NCBI GenBank assembly: GCA_963787445.1
Contig: CAWBCT010000013.1
Span: 1 to 64,000, forward strand
DNA from: an uncultured archaeon
GTDB lineage: Archaea; Micrarchaeota; Micrarchaeia; Micrarchaeales; CABMGC01
DNA: 64,000 bases
Direction: 5' to 3'
A model generated the notes under the pieces. It was given only the letters and a program-made list of their open reading frames with translations. It did not search any database and was not told where the DNA came from. This document shows positions 10,612-20,677 of the stretch, one piece after another (position 1 is the first letter of the stretch; the number at the start of each line of letters is the position of its first letter). Made by a program: the position numbers and the translations under genes.

Positions 10612-13600
10612 ATGAAAAACTATGCTCTATTGGCTACATTTGCATTAATTTTGGCAGTCGGACTTGGTACACATATAGTGTCTGCTACGCCAACGGCTCC
10701 GATGGGATACGCCAGCACACCAATTATACAGACTACTTATCAAGTAAGCAACGTCCTAGACGTTGGATACATGCCTAATTCAAGCTCTCCTTGGCAGTTC
10801 TGGGCACTGGACAACTATACTGAGACCTTAACGGTCTGGAGTAACTTGACTGTCCCAGGCACCTACGCAGTCAACGTAACAGACATTGGCCAGTGGTGCA
10901 CTCTCGCTGCGGGCCCAAAAGTCCGAATGGAGGAGTCCAGGAACCGGTTAACGGCTGTGGAACTTTGATTGGAGGGGCGAGCGGATTTCTGACGACCTCA
11001 GACACTTCACCATCAGCAACCAGTTCGGGAAGTATAAACTGCGAAGGTACAATGGCCGACATAGTAAACAATGGTGTGCAGGTAGTATCTCCAAATGTGC
11101 AGGTATGCGGCAACGCCCTTACACACTTTTTCCCAGACACTACACAAACCGAGATAAACAATCTTTACAACACTGAGAACTGGAGTGACACATATACTTA
11201 CGGTAGTTCTCCTTCAACATCATCTAAAACAAAACTGGTCAGTAACTTCTCCTCACCGTCCACCGGAGACATAGTCTTACCTCCTGCAGAAATAATCAAT
11301 GTTACAATGAAAGTAACCAACGATGAAGATAGCGGCAACCTAGGATACTGGGCGCTTGACAACTATCAGAAACACATAACTGTTTGGCAAACAGGTCCTA
11401 ACACTTTTAATGCAAATGTAACCTACGCTGGAACCTGGCAAACATTCGCAGGCACGTTAAGTCCAGGCAATGGTGTAATTGAGCCTGTCAATGGGAATGG
11501 GGTATTTGTCGCAACCTATGATTCAGTATTCACAGGAACTCTGCTCCAAACTCCGATGGAAAGCACAGTTGGTAATCTAGGAACATTTGATTTTGGTGGC
11601 ACTGCAAGCGATATATTGCTTGGTAAGTATCCATCAAATGGTGGCACACAAGTTGGAGATACAAATTTTGTAAATTGGGCATCATTCTATTTTGAGAACC
11701 CAGCTACCATACTTAATGACTTTTATTCTGCACCTTAGAATTTACATACGCTTACATGGGTTCACCAATGGGCACACAGACTTTTGTAAACAGCTTCACA
11801 GCTCCGAGTTCCGGAGACATAATAACTGGGCCTTTGGTCCAAGTAACTTATCAGGTCCGCAATGATTCAGACAGCGGCTATAATGGCTATTGGGCTCTCG
11901 ATAATTACACACAGAAACTAACCATTTGGCAAGTTAGCTCTGATCAATATCAGGTCAATGCAGTAGACAATGGAACTTCTTGCACATTTTCAGGTGCTCC
12001 AAGTCCCAATGCAGGCACTATACAAGTTGCAAACGGATGTGTTTCAATGGTTGGCGGGTACTCTGGTAATCTATTGACAAGTGTTACACCAATTAATACT
12101 ACACGGACAACAATGGGATCTGGAAAACTGCTTTTCGGAGGCACTGAAAATGGAATACTCGCAAACAACCCGACAGACAAACTGGATGCGTATGCAAGCT
12201 GGATAGACTACTTCTTCCCCGGAGCAGTAAACAGCATTGTCAGCACGACTAATCCATTAACACCCGGGTTCTCTTTTGCGAACAGTGGCAATGCCTGGAG
12301 CTGGACGTATACAGACCGTTCAAATGGTCTAAATACGTGGACGGATTCTGGGACAGTTTCTCAAGCTAGTAGCGGAGATATAATCATACCTGCCTTTACA
12401 GTCTCCTCAGTTTCGGCAACGCCAACAACTCTTGACAATGGTCAAACGGCAACAGTATCTGGAACAATAGGCGGCGGAACAGGCCCATTCACCATAAAAC
12501 TTTCGGATGTGGCATCAGGTGTGATCCAAACAGTGTCTCCTGCATCCTATGTTGGGTCATTCTCATTCAACTCTGTCCCGCTTTCAGGAGTTGGATTTGT
12601 AACTATCCCAATCACTTACACTGTGACTGTACAAGACAGTCTTGGCAATTTGGCCTCGGGAACTACCCAACTGGACCTCAACCCTCCACCGACAATAACC
12701 TCAGTAACTCCTCTGCTTTCAACTCTTAACGCTGGCCAGTAACGTTGGTGACGGCAGTTGTATCCTCTATCGGGGCACTGGCGTTCTCAGCTACCAGTGG
12801 CAATTAAATGGTGTGCAACGTTGGCTCTGACCAAACTACCTACCTATTCAATGCGAACTCGACGACCTTGTCAAGCTCTCCGGATGATGTATCCTTTGTG
12901 GTAACAGACTCCACGCCGATGCCTTTCTCAACGGCCCCGTCTTCAACATCCATAACCGTTGATTCTGCGCCGTCGGTGACTCTTACCCCCTTGAGCAACA
13001 GCATAAAAATAGGCCAGCCAATACAATTCACGGCAAATATCCCGGCGAGCTGGGGCGGACCGTTTACTGCAGACTTGATATACAATGGCAATGTCGTTGC
13101 GACGAACAGCTCAACTAGCAGCAATGTGGTAACCTTCTCATACACGCCAAACGATCTTGGCCAACTTTCATTCTCGGCGAGCGCTGTTTACACGAGCCCA
13201 ACTCAGTATTACCTATTTAGCTCGCTGCCAAGCGTCGTAGCAGTAAACCCTGTGCTTACTGGCACAGCAGCTAATGTGGTGGTCAACATACCGTCAAACA
13301 CACCGGTATCGTTCAACTACTCTGAAGCAGATGCCGTATTGACTGTAACTTCATCCAACTCAGTAACTGCGGATGTAAGCATTGCCGATGTAAGCTCGAA
13401 CTTCACATCGCTTCCCACTGCGGCCTTTACCACATTCTCAAAGATAGTGCTGCTTGACTTCAACGTAACGACCAGCAGCGCGACGAATGCCACCTATCAG
13501 GTAACGATAGACGTAGCCTGCGGCTCCAACACAGCCCCGTACGAACTGTTGAACGGGATCTGGACCGCGCTGCCGTACACCACAACAGCGACAAACCCCG

Positions 13601-14262
13601 CTGCCTGCACTGTAAGCTTTGACATACCTGCCGATCCTGTAGTCGGCCTGTTCGCAAGCGCAGTGACATCTACCTCAACTTCTGCAGGCTCCGCTGGCGG
13701 AGGCGGAGGCGGTGGTGGCGGAGGGACTCAGAAGCCGGTGGTCAGCAGGACGGGCAACGGCTACCAGGTCTCCAACCTGGCCCAGCTCAACACCTTCAGC
13801 CTGACCCTCGGCTCTCCGATCAGCGGCGTGGAGAACTTCATAACGCCCACCGGCGCAGGGGTCAGCCTGAACGGCACCTCCTACAGCCTTAGCCTGGACA
13901 CGCCTGTCCAGATAGGCTCAAATGCAACCGCAAACCGCTATGTGAACCTTACTGGCATCTCCTACATACCTCTGCAGCAGACGGTTACGCTTGAGATATA
14001 CTCCGTGCCTTTGATAGCCACGCCAATACAGGCTCCGGTGCAGACAAACTCCACCTCAACCAACTCGACGGTGACCCCCTATGTCCAGCCAACCACAACC
14101 GTGCAGCCTAACAGCACGGTAACTGCGCCCTCCTCTGTTGCGGCAAGCAGCCAGCAGCCTTCCTACCTGATGCCTGCGGTGGCCGTGGTGGCGCTTATCG
14201 TGGTCGCCTGCGGGGTCGGCTACCGGCTCAGGAAGAGGCCAAAGAGCCCCAAAAAGGCCTAA
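10612..14262 (+). CDS. Large cell-surface protein (~1200 aa): signal peptide, three WALDNY repeats, Ig-like domains, poly-Gly linker, C-terminal TM anchor; broken by frameshifts
   Basis: ORFs 10612-10968, 10893-11738, 11756-12742 and 12808-14262 tile one protein. Only the first has a signal peptide; only the last has the TM helix and basic tail. Confidence 0.8.
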
Positions 14263-14316
14263 AGCCAGGGGTAGCACATAAGGTATATTAAGCTACTCTT
14301 CCCTAGTTTATCATAA

Positions 14317-14420
14317 GTCGGGGTTAAGTGGTCCAGATGGCATTCAATACTCATAATACTGTCGTTTTTCTACGTATTCATGAAGATGAAGGCTACCTGG
14401 AGTGCTAAACAGCGGCTTTT
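14317..14420 (+). ncRNA. Putative structured RNA (long imperfect hairpin) or 5' leader with a 23-aa uORF
   Basis: Begins ~25 nt after TATATTAA (14284-14291). TCCAGATGGC (14332-41) pairs with GCTACCTGGA (14392-401) and TCATAATAC (14351-59) with GTATTCATGA (14374-83); ends in TTTT. Confidence 0.4.
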
Positions 14421-14432
14421 CCTGTGATTGGA

Positions 14433-14903
14433 TTGAAGCACTCAAGTACGGAGCATAAACGGCAGAAGGCCCTAAACGGCGTCCTTTCCACGCTATCCGA
14501 GTCCTTTGTGGTAGTTGAGGGGAGGCACGATGTGGCGGCCCTGCGCAGCCTTGGCATAGCCTCGCACACCTACGAGCAGACGATGCGCAGCAGGGCCAAG
14601 CTTCCGGAGATAGTGCATATCCTTACAGACGGCGACCGCAGGGGCATGGAGAAGGCCGAGAGGCTGACTTCCTATCTGATTGAGCGAGGCGTGAGGCCGG
14701 ACCTCCGCACCGGGACCAGGCTGCTGAAGATGGTCGGGGCGAAGCACATAGAGGAGATAGTTCAACCAGTGCAACAGAGATTACAGACAGAGGACGAAAA
14801 CAACAAAACAAAAGGAGATAGATATGGCGAAAACTTATTTGGATATAGTAAAATACATGGTCGAGGCAAAGTTCTCGATCAACGGCATGGTCGACAAGCC
14901 TGA
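14433..14903 (+). CDS. Small TOPRIM-domain protein (RNase M5/primase-like)
   Basis: VVVEGRHDVAAL and ILTDGDRRG TOPRIM motifs; TTG start after GTGA; 3' end overlaps dnaG by 80 nt. Confidence 0.85.
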   Translation: MKHSSTEHKRQKALNGVLSTLSESFVVVEGRHDVAALRSLGIASHTYEQTMRSRAKLPEIVHILTDGDRRGMEKAERLTSYLIERGVRPDLRTGTRLLKMVGAKHIEEIVQPVQQRLQTEDENNKTKGDRYGENLFGYSKIHGRGKVLDQRHGRQA

Positions 14904-16233
14904 CATCATCGGAGCTGTCTTCGGACAGACCGAAGGATTGCTGGGCGACGACCTGGACCTGCGTGAGCTCCAGAAGGGCGGAAAGATAGGCCGCATAGAG
15001 ATAGACCTCTCGCAGACCGGCAACCGTAGCTTCGGAAAGCTGCACCTCCCTGCCTCGCTTGACAGGATAGAGACGTGCATCCTTGCCGCGGCAGTGGAGT
15101 CGGTGGACCGCGTCGGACCCTACGAGGCCCAGTTCTCCGTGGAGAGAGTCGAGGACACCAGGTCGGAGAAGCGCAGGAAGATTCTCATGCGCGCAAAGGA
15201 CCTGCTCAAGCTGCTCATGAGCACCGACATGCCCGACAGCAAGGAGCTCTCCGAGCTCGTGCAGTCCGAGGTGCGCGTAAGCGAGATCGTGGCCTACGGG
15301 CCGGACAAGCTGCCCGCAGGGCCTGATGTGGCAAAGAACCCCGAGCTGATAATAGTCGAGGGACGCGCGGACGTGCTCAACCTGCTGAAGAACGGGATCA
15401 CTAACGTTGTTGCAATAGGCGGCGCCAGCGCTGTACCCAAGTCGATGATAGACCTGTGCAGGGAGAAGGACGTCACGGTCTTCCTTGACGGAGACCGCGG
15501 CGGAGACATGATCCTGCGCAACCTGCTCAACGTCGCCGACGTGGATTTCGTGGCGAGAGCGCCCGATGGAAAGGAGGTGGAGGACCTCATGCAGAAGGAG
15601 ATAATCAAGGCGATCCGCACCAAGGTGCCTCTCGACCAGTACAACTCCGGCTACCGCGGAAGGCAGCCGTTCACGCAAAGGCCGCAGCACGCGCAGAGAA
15701 ACGAGGAGCCGCACCATGATAGCGTGCAGCACCAGCCGCCTCAGGCAGAGCACCGGCCAGAACCCCGCGCGCCGCCTCAGGAGCAATTCTCGAGGAGCGA
15801 GCCGTTCTCAACCAAGAAAGTGATGGACGACCTTTCAGACATTGATGACGACCAACCCGGGAAGATAGAAAGCATAGGCAGCGGACCTGCGAAGGAGCCG
15901 CTCATGCCCCAGTCGCCAAAGCCGGCGCTGGAAAGCATAGTCCTCTCGGAGCTCAACAACGGACTCAACGCGCTCGCCGGCACGCTGCGCAGCCGCCTGT
16001 ATGACAACAGCGGCACAGTGGTGAAGGAGATGCCCATACGCGACCTGCTCCCGATGGTGCAGAACTCGACAGACGTCTACGGCATAGTGCTGGACGGGGT
16101 CATAACCCAGAGGCTTGTGGAGCTCGCGCTGCAGAAGGGGATAAAGGCGATCTACGGACTGCGCTCGAACCCGATGTCCAAGAAGCACACGGGCATAATC
16201 CTCTACACGAAGGAGGGCGGCTCTGAGCAGTAG
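14824..16233 (+). CDS. dnaG: Archaeal DnaG (exosome-associated primase-like protein)
   Basis: VDKPDIIGAVFGQTEGLLGDDLDLRELQK, IIVEGRADVLNL, FLDGDRGG, LDGVITQRL. Confidence 0.96.
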   Translation: MAKTYLDIVKYMVEAKFSINGMVDKPDIIGAVFGQTEGLLGDDLDLRELQKGGKIGRIEIDLSQTGNRSFGKLHLPASLDRIETCILAAAVESVDRVGPYEAQFSVERVEDTRSEKRRKILMRAKDLLKLLMSTDMPDSKELSELVQSEVRVSEIVAYGPDKLPAGPDVAKNPELIIVEGRADVLNLLKNGITNVVAIGGASAVPKSMIDLCREKDVTVFLDGDRGGDMILRNLLNVADVDFVARAPDGKEVEDLMQKEIIKAIRTKVPLDQYNSGYRGRQPFTQRPQHAQRNEEPHHDSVQHQPPQAEHRPEPRAPPQEQFSRSEPFSTKKVMDDLSDIDDDQPGKIESIGSGPAKEPLMPQSPKPALESIVLSELNNGLNALAGTLRSRLYDNSGTVVKEMPIRDLLPMVQNSTDVYGIVLDGVITQRLVELALQKGIKAIYGLRSNPMSKKHTGIILYTKEGGSEQ

Positions 16234-16234
16234 C

Positions 16235-17125
16235 TCAGATCGTAATCCCGAAGACGAAGCGGATAATCAGACCGATGAAAAAGAGTGCCACTGTAGCTCC
16301 CAGCATCACGCCAGCGACTTCGAGGAAGTCCCTTCTCATGTTCCGGTCTGAGATCACCGAGTTGTACCAGCTTACGAAACCGATTAGTACCATGCCCAGC
16401 ACCAGCGAGATGGATATTGCCAGCACCGAATCCTTGGTCAGGAAGTCCGGGAGCGCCATCATCACCGCGCTGAAGAAGTAGGAGAGCCCTGTGTAGGCTG
16501 CCGCAACCTTTGCAGACCCCTCAAACCCCTGCTTTGCCTGGGCGAAGGCCGCCGATGCCATAGAGATGGATGCCGCAGCGCCAGCCACTATTCCCGCGAG
16601 TCCTGTAAGCTCGGTGGAGCTGTAGATTCCCAGCGAGCCTGCGTGTATGCCCGCTATCTCAACCAATGCGTCGGCAAGACCAAGAACTATGAACGACATG
16701 TAGCGCACGTGGCTGCCGCGTATCTTGTCCGCGAACGCCTGCTCATGGCCTGCTTCGTCCCTTATCATGCTTTCGAACGCCTTCTTGCCAGATTGAGGGA
16801 TTACGCCTCTCAAGCGTCCGTATCTTTTTATTGCGTCCTTCTCCCCACCCTCGAGGTACTTGATGACAAAGGAGGGGCCCAAAAGGCGGCGGATCAGAAG
16901 GATGAAGTATATCTTGGCATTGTTAGGATATATTACTGCGCCGCTGCAGTACTGCTTCCAGAAGCGATAGTGCCCGTCCTCCATCTTTGCAAGATTCGAG
17001 AATAGGGTTACCAAGCTGCGCTCCTTCTCGATTTCCGATAGCTTTGTGTAAATAAGATTGTCGGTTAGCTCGTTGTGCGCCTCCTTTGCAGCAATGTGGT
17101 ACAGGTCACGTTTTGGCATGTCCAT
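16235..17125 (-). CDS. Ferritin/rubrerythrin-like domain fused to VIT1/CCC1 membrane domain
   Basis: ExxH motifs (EDGH, DEAGH); IVLGLADALVE..GIVAGAAASISMA VIT1 motif. Confidence 0.88.
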   Translation of the reverse strand: MDMPKRDLYHIAAKEAHNELTDNLIYTKLSEIEKERSLVTLFSNLAKMEDGHYRFWKQYCSGAVIYPNNAKIYFILLIRRLLGPSFVIKYLEGGEKDAIKRYGRLRGVIPQSGKKAFESMIRDEAGHEQAFADKIRGSHVRYMSFIVLGLADALVEIAGIHAGSLGIYSSTELTGLAGIVAGAAASISMASAAFAQAKQGFEGSAKVAAAYTGLSYFFSAVMMALPDFLTKDSVLAISISLVLGMVLIGFVSWYNSVISDRNMRRDFLEVAGVMLGATVALFFIGLIIRFVFGITI

Positions 17126-17131
17126 AATTCT

Positions 17132-17401
17132 ATGCTGGAATTTAAAAGCCTGTCGTCCTTAATCCCTTCTGCCTTCTTTCAAGAGAGCGGCAAGGCAGTA
17201 TTCATAAACTGGTTTGACAAAAGGACCAAAACCCCTGAAGAAGTTCCGCAGTTTGGCGGAAATGTACCAATATCAAAAGAGGTCTTTAGAAAGACATTCG
17301 CCAGCGCCGGCTTTGTCGATATAAAGTTGTCGTATAAAAAGAATACGGCAAGCAGCGAGTTTGCCACAATAATCTATGGGACTGCAAGAAAAAGGAAATA
17401 A
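17132..17401 (+). pseudogene. Probable C-terminal remnant of a class I SAM-dependent methyltransferase
   Basis: SGKAVFINW..F..AGFVDIK resembles MTase C-termini; no GxGxG motif and no room for an N-terminal half. Confidence 0.4.
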
Positions 17402-17455
17402 GGCAGCTAGAAATATCTATGCGCTATTTAGTCTTTGTGTGCTTTATTTACGTTC

Positions 17456-18022
17456 ATGCTGTTTGACAAGAACAAGCCATCGGAGCACCACTCCGGCACC
17501 AACTCCTACTTTCAGGTTGAGAAGCTGATCACTTCGTCAAGGGAGGTGCTGATAGTCTCGCCGTACATAGATGTCCACTACGCCAAGTTCCTTCTCTCGA
17601 ACTCCAGGCACAAGAGGATAAAGGTGATCTCTTCCTCTATTGACAAGGATGCAGAGAGGATTCTCCACCACAAGAGGCACGGCATAACCTTTATCCTGAT
17701 AACTTTGATCGTTGCATTGCTGGCCTGGGCGTATAATGCCGTCGGAGAACTGACCCTGCTTACCGGAGCTGCCGCGCTTTTCGTAGTGGTTGCATCAGGG
17801 GTTCTAATGCTTGGCCCTGGCAACGGCGTGCCAGTCCGGAAGCCAAAGGGCTTCGTCCATACGAAGCTCTACATCGGCGACACTCACGCCATAGAGGGCT
17901 CCGCCAACCTCACCTACAAGGGGATGCATGAAAATACTGAGCACATCTCCGTGATACACGACGAAGAGACGCTCGCAAAGCTGAGGGACGAATTTTATAA
18001 GCTGTGGGACGGAGCTACTTGA
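17456..18022 (+). CDS. Phospholipase D-like (single HKD) protein with inserted TM hairpin
   Basis: IVSPYID, HTKLYIGD, GSANLT..G...N.E motifs; two hydrophobic helices in the middle. Confidence 0.85.
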   Translation: MLFDKNKPSEHHSGTNSYFQVEKLITSSREVLIVSPYIDVHYAKFLLSNSRHKRIKVISSSIDKDAERILHHKRHGITFILITLIVALLAWAYNAVGELTLLTGAAALFVVVASGVLMLGPGNGVPVRKPKGFVHTKLYIGDTHAIEGSANLTYKGMHENTEHISVIHDEETLAKLRDEFYKLWDGAT

Positions 18023-18701
18023 AGATGATTTCCATCTCCCCGGCATAGCTGAAGTCCGGGCACTTTATGAACAGGCTCAGGATGTAGCTGTCCTTCGCGT
18101 CAAGCTTGAACGGTGGCTTCGGATTGCAGTCGGCAATCTCGAAGGGCTTGCTTATCTCCACCTTTTTGACTTCGTCCCCGAAGCTTAGGACCTTGTAGAG
18201 TTGTATGTCCCTCTTGAACACCTGCCCCTTCTTTATGTTCATGTTGAACGCGGAGCTCTCCAGCTCCACCCTCTTTGCGCCGTGCGCGAACAGGATCTTC
18301 GAGACGTTCACGTCTATGTTCTCCTTGCTGCTCGTGTCGAACTTCACCACCATCGGCCCGTTGTAGCTGTAGCTGGGCGCCTTGACCTTCAGCGCGAACC
18401 TCTCCTGGCTCATGTATGGTATATTTATCGGAAGGCTCGGCTTGCATTCTACCAGTTCAAACGGCTTGTCGATCGTTATCTGGCTCACGGTGACGTCCGG
18501 CCCCTTCAGGTTGTCCGGGAGGAGCCCGTTGCCTATCGTGTTCTTGTACGGGATTGTGAGGTCGAACGAGTCGTCCACGTCCCGTCCCGGAAGGCTGTGA
18601 ACGTCACCCCCCAGGCGGATGTTGATGTTTGTTATCGTTGTCCTGGAACCTGCGCTGGGGCTCTCCTTCTTGCCCTTCTTTAAAAAATCGAGAAATGACA
18701 G
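18015..18701 (-). CDS. Hypothetical protein with two tandem beta-rich repeats; probable CTG start
   Basis: AGGTGA-GAAG-CTG start; internal repeat KPFE...P..P....L.[VI]K.P..SY.G.M...F. The longer ORF call overlaps the divergent bcp gene. Confidence 0.7.
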   Translation of the reverse strand: MSFLDFLKKGKKESPSAGSRTTITNINIRLGGDVHSLPGRDVDDSFDLTIPYKNTIGNGLLPDNLKGPDVTVSQITIDKPFELVECKPSLPINIPYMSQERFALKVKAPSYSYNGPMVVKFDTSSKENIDVNVSKILFAHGAKRVELESSAFNMNIKKGQVFKRDIQLYKVLSFGDEVKKVEISKPFEIADCNPKPPFKLDAKDSYILSLFIKCPDFSYAGEMEIIFK

Positions 18702-18774
18702 CTTCTCACCTATGCAGTAACACATCGCAGCAAGCAAATAAATAGCCATTATGTTAGAGTTTATTGGTGAATAC

Positions 18775-19233
18775 ATGGCAACAGAGGGATCAAGGGCTCC
18801 GGAGTTTTCGCTGCAGGGCTCTGACGGCAGGCAGCACACGCTTTCCGAGTTCAGGGGAAAGTACCTCGTGCTTTATTTTTATCCGAAGGACGACACCCCG
18901 GGCTGCACCACCGAGGCGAAGTGCTTCAACGGCAGCCTAACGAGGATACGCGCCCTCGGGGCGGAGATCGTGGGGATAAGCAACGACGGGATAGAGTCCC
19001 ACAACAAGTTCAAGGAGAAGTACAGCTTGGCCTTCCTGCTCCTCTCCGATCCCGAGTCCAGGGTGATCAAAGCCTACGACTCGTTCGGCAACAAGGGAGT
19101 CTTCGGCATGGGCACCCTGAGGAACACCTTCGTGGTGGACAGGGAAGGAAAGATAGCGAAGATCTTCAACAAGGTCAAGCCGGACGGGCACGACCAGGAA
19201 GTGATAGCCTTCCTCGAATCGACAAAGAAGTAG
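18775..19233 (+). CDS. bcp: Peroxiredoxin, Bcp/PrxQ family
   Basis: VLYFYPKDDTPGCTTEAKCF; GGTGA SD before ATG 18775. Confidence 0.95.
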   Translation: MATEGSRAPEFSLQGSDGRQHTLSEFRGKYLVLYFYPKDDTPGCTTEAKCFNGSLTRIRALGAEIVGISNDGIESHNKFKEKYSLAFLLLSDPESRVIKAYDSFGNKGVFGMGTLRNTFVVDREGKIAKIFNKVKPDGHDQEVIAFLESTKK

Positions 19234-19238
19234 TTTAG

Positions 19239-19895
19239 ATGACCCACAGTTTTACCGAGATTGAGCTGCTTGGCTACCGGAACCAGCCAATCCCAAACAC
19301 GTTCATCAGGTCCGAGAAGGAGACGAAGAAGCTTGCGATTATCTTTCCCGGACTCGGCTACACCTGCGCCATGCCCCTCCTCTATTACACCGCGGCTATC
19401 CTCAAGGGCCTGGGCTTTGACGTGTTGCTTGTGGAGTACAAGTACCTCAGGTCGTTTGCCGCACTTTCCGAGGCGGAGCAGCGGGAGTGCATCTCATCCG
19501 ACGCCAAGGCCGCCTACGAAACAGCCATCTCCCAGAGGCGCTACCACGAGGTTGTCCTGGTAGGCAAGTCGATAGGGACGCTGGCGATGTCCTGTGCGCT
19601 GGAGAACCAGACTATTCCCCTGAACACGAAGCTGATCTGGTTCACCCCTCTTCTGAAGGATGAGTACGTTTATGCCAACATAAAGGCCTGCAAGCTGAAG
19701 TCCCTCTTTCTGATCGGAAGCGAGGATCCGCACTTCACAGCCGAGGCCGCGAAGAGCCTCGCAGGAATGAAACAGAACAAGGTCATAGTCGTAGAGGATG
19801 CGAACCACAGCCTGGAGGTTGAGGGCAAGGACGTGGCGCACAACATCTCCATGCTGCACACGATAGTCAAGCACGTTGCTGACTTCCTAGGCTGA
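19239..19895 (+). CDS. Alpha/beta hydrolase
   Basis: PGLGY oxyanion region, GKSIG nucleophile elbow, GSEDP, ANHSL. Confidence 0.88.
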   Translation: MTHSFTEIELLGYRNQPIPNTFIRSEKETKKLAIIFPGLGYTCAMPLLYYTAAILKGLGFDVLLVEYKYLRSFAALSEAEQRECISSDAKAAYETAISQRRYHEVVLVGKSIGTLAMSCALENQTIPLNTKLIWFTPLLKDEYVYANIKACKLKSLFLIGSEDPHFTAEAAKSLAGMKQNKVIVVEDANHSLEVEGKDVAHNISMLHTIVKHVADFLG

Positions 19896-19928
19896 TTACG
19901 CACTTTCTAATCCTTTAATCGTACCTGA

Positions 19929-20477
19929 TTATTTGCCACTTTTCACTATCGAAAGTATCTTGATGGTGAAGACCAGGGTTTTCCCGGCGAGCGGGGGGTT
20001 GAAGTCGACGACGAAGCCCGTTCGGTTGACCGCTGTGACCATCCCCTCTTCCGCCTGCCCGTTCGCTGCCGTTCTGGTGACGACCATCCCAACTGTTGGC
20101 GTCTGGTTTAGGGAGTTTGCCGGCACATTGACGATCAGCGTGGAGTTTACCTCTCCGTAGGCCTGGGTTGGCAGAAGCGTTATGGTTTTCTGCTGACCCA
20201 CCTCCATTCCCACCACTGCCTGGTCAAACCCCTGAATCAGCTGTCCTGAGCCCACGGTGAACTCCAAGGGTGTTTTTCCAACGTTTGAATCAAACACAGT
20301 GCCGTTCGTGAACGTTCCTGTGTAACTTACATTAATCGTATCTCCCACCTTTACCGCCTGGGCTGGCGCATTATTGGTTGCCAAATAAATCACTCCTACT
20401 ATTGCGATAACTGCGATGACTATTCCCAGTATGTATGCCGGCTTCATCCTAAAGCCTGAAGGTTGCGTTGTTTCCAT
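19929..20477 (-). CDS. FKBP-type peptidyl-prolyl isomerase (SlyD-like IF domain) with N-terminal membrane anchor
   Basis: YTGTFTNGTVFDS, GSGQLIQGFD, AYGE, DFNPPLAGKTLVF; hydrophobic N-terminal helix. Confidence 0.93.
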   Translation of the reverse strand: METTQPSGFRMKPAYILGIVIAVIAIVGVIYLATNNAPAQAVKVGDTINVSYTGTFTNGTVFDSNVGKTPLEFTVGSGQLIQGFDQAVVGMEVGQQKTITLLPTQAYGEVNSTLIVNVPANSLNQTPTVGMVVTRTAANGQAEEGMVTAVNRTGFVVDFNPPLAGKTLVFTIKILSIVKSGK

Positions 20478-20677
20478 ATCACCATTCCTGAAGCAGCGGG
20501 CACGGCGGCCAGCCTTGATTATTTTCTGGCAAAGCAGTTATAAATACTCTTTGGATGGCAAGGCTAAATCCTTCTTTCACGTCCTTTTTGACTCCCTATT
20601 TTCCTGCTTCTCAACGCTTAAATATCTGAAAAACTACCTACCTAGTGTACTCTAAGAACAAGTTTGTAGGCGGTGCA

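Noticed and set aside
13696-13725. GGC/GGA/GGT repeat as a tandem repeat element
   Set aside because: It encodes the poly-Gly linker common in DPANN surface proteins.
14317-14420. Fluoride riboswitch, SRP RNA or C/D guide identity for the hairpin
   Set aside because: Diagnostic motifs are missing or misplaced; left as unassigned RNA.
14824-14903. 80-nt overlap of toprim gene and dnaG as dual coding
   Set aside because: One indel in the A-rich run at ~14797-14813 would end the toprim ORF at TAG just before dnaG; cannot be resolved without reads.
14623-15786. Long antisense ORFs (also 49093-50076 and those at 61454-63865)
   Set aside because: They mirror dnaG, ribosomal protein genes and smc, as expected from GC-rich codon bias.
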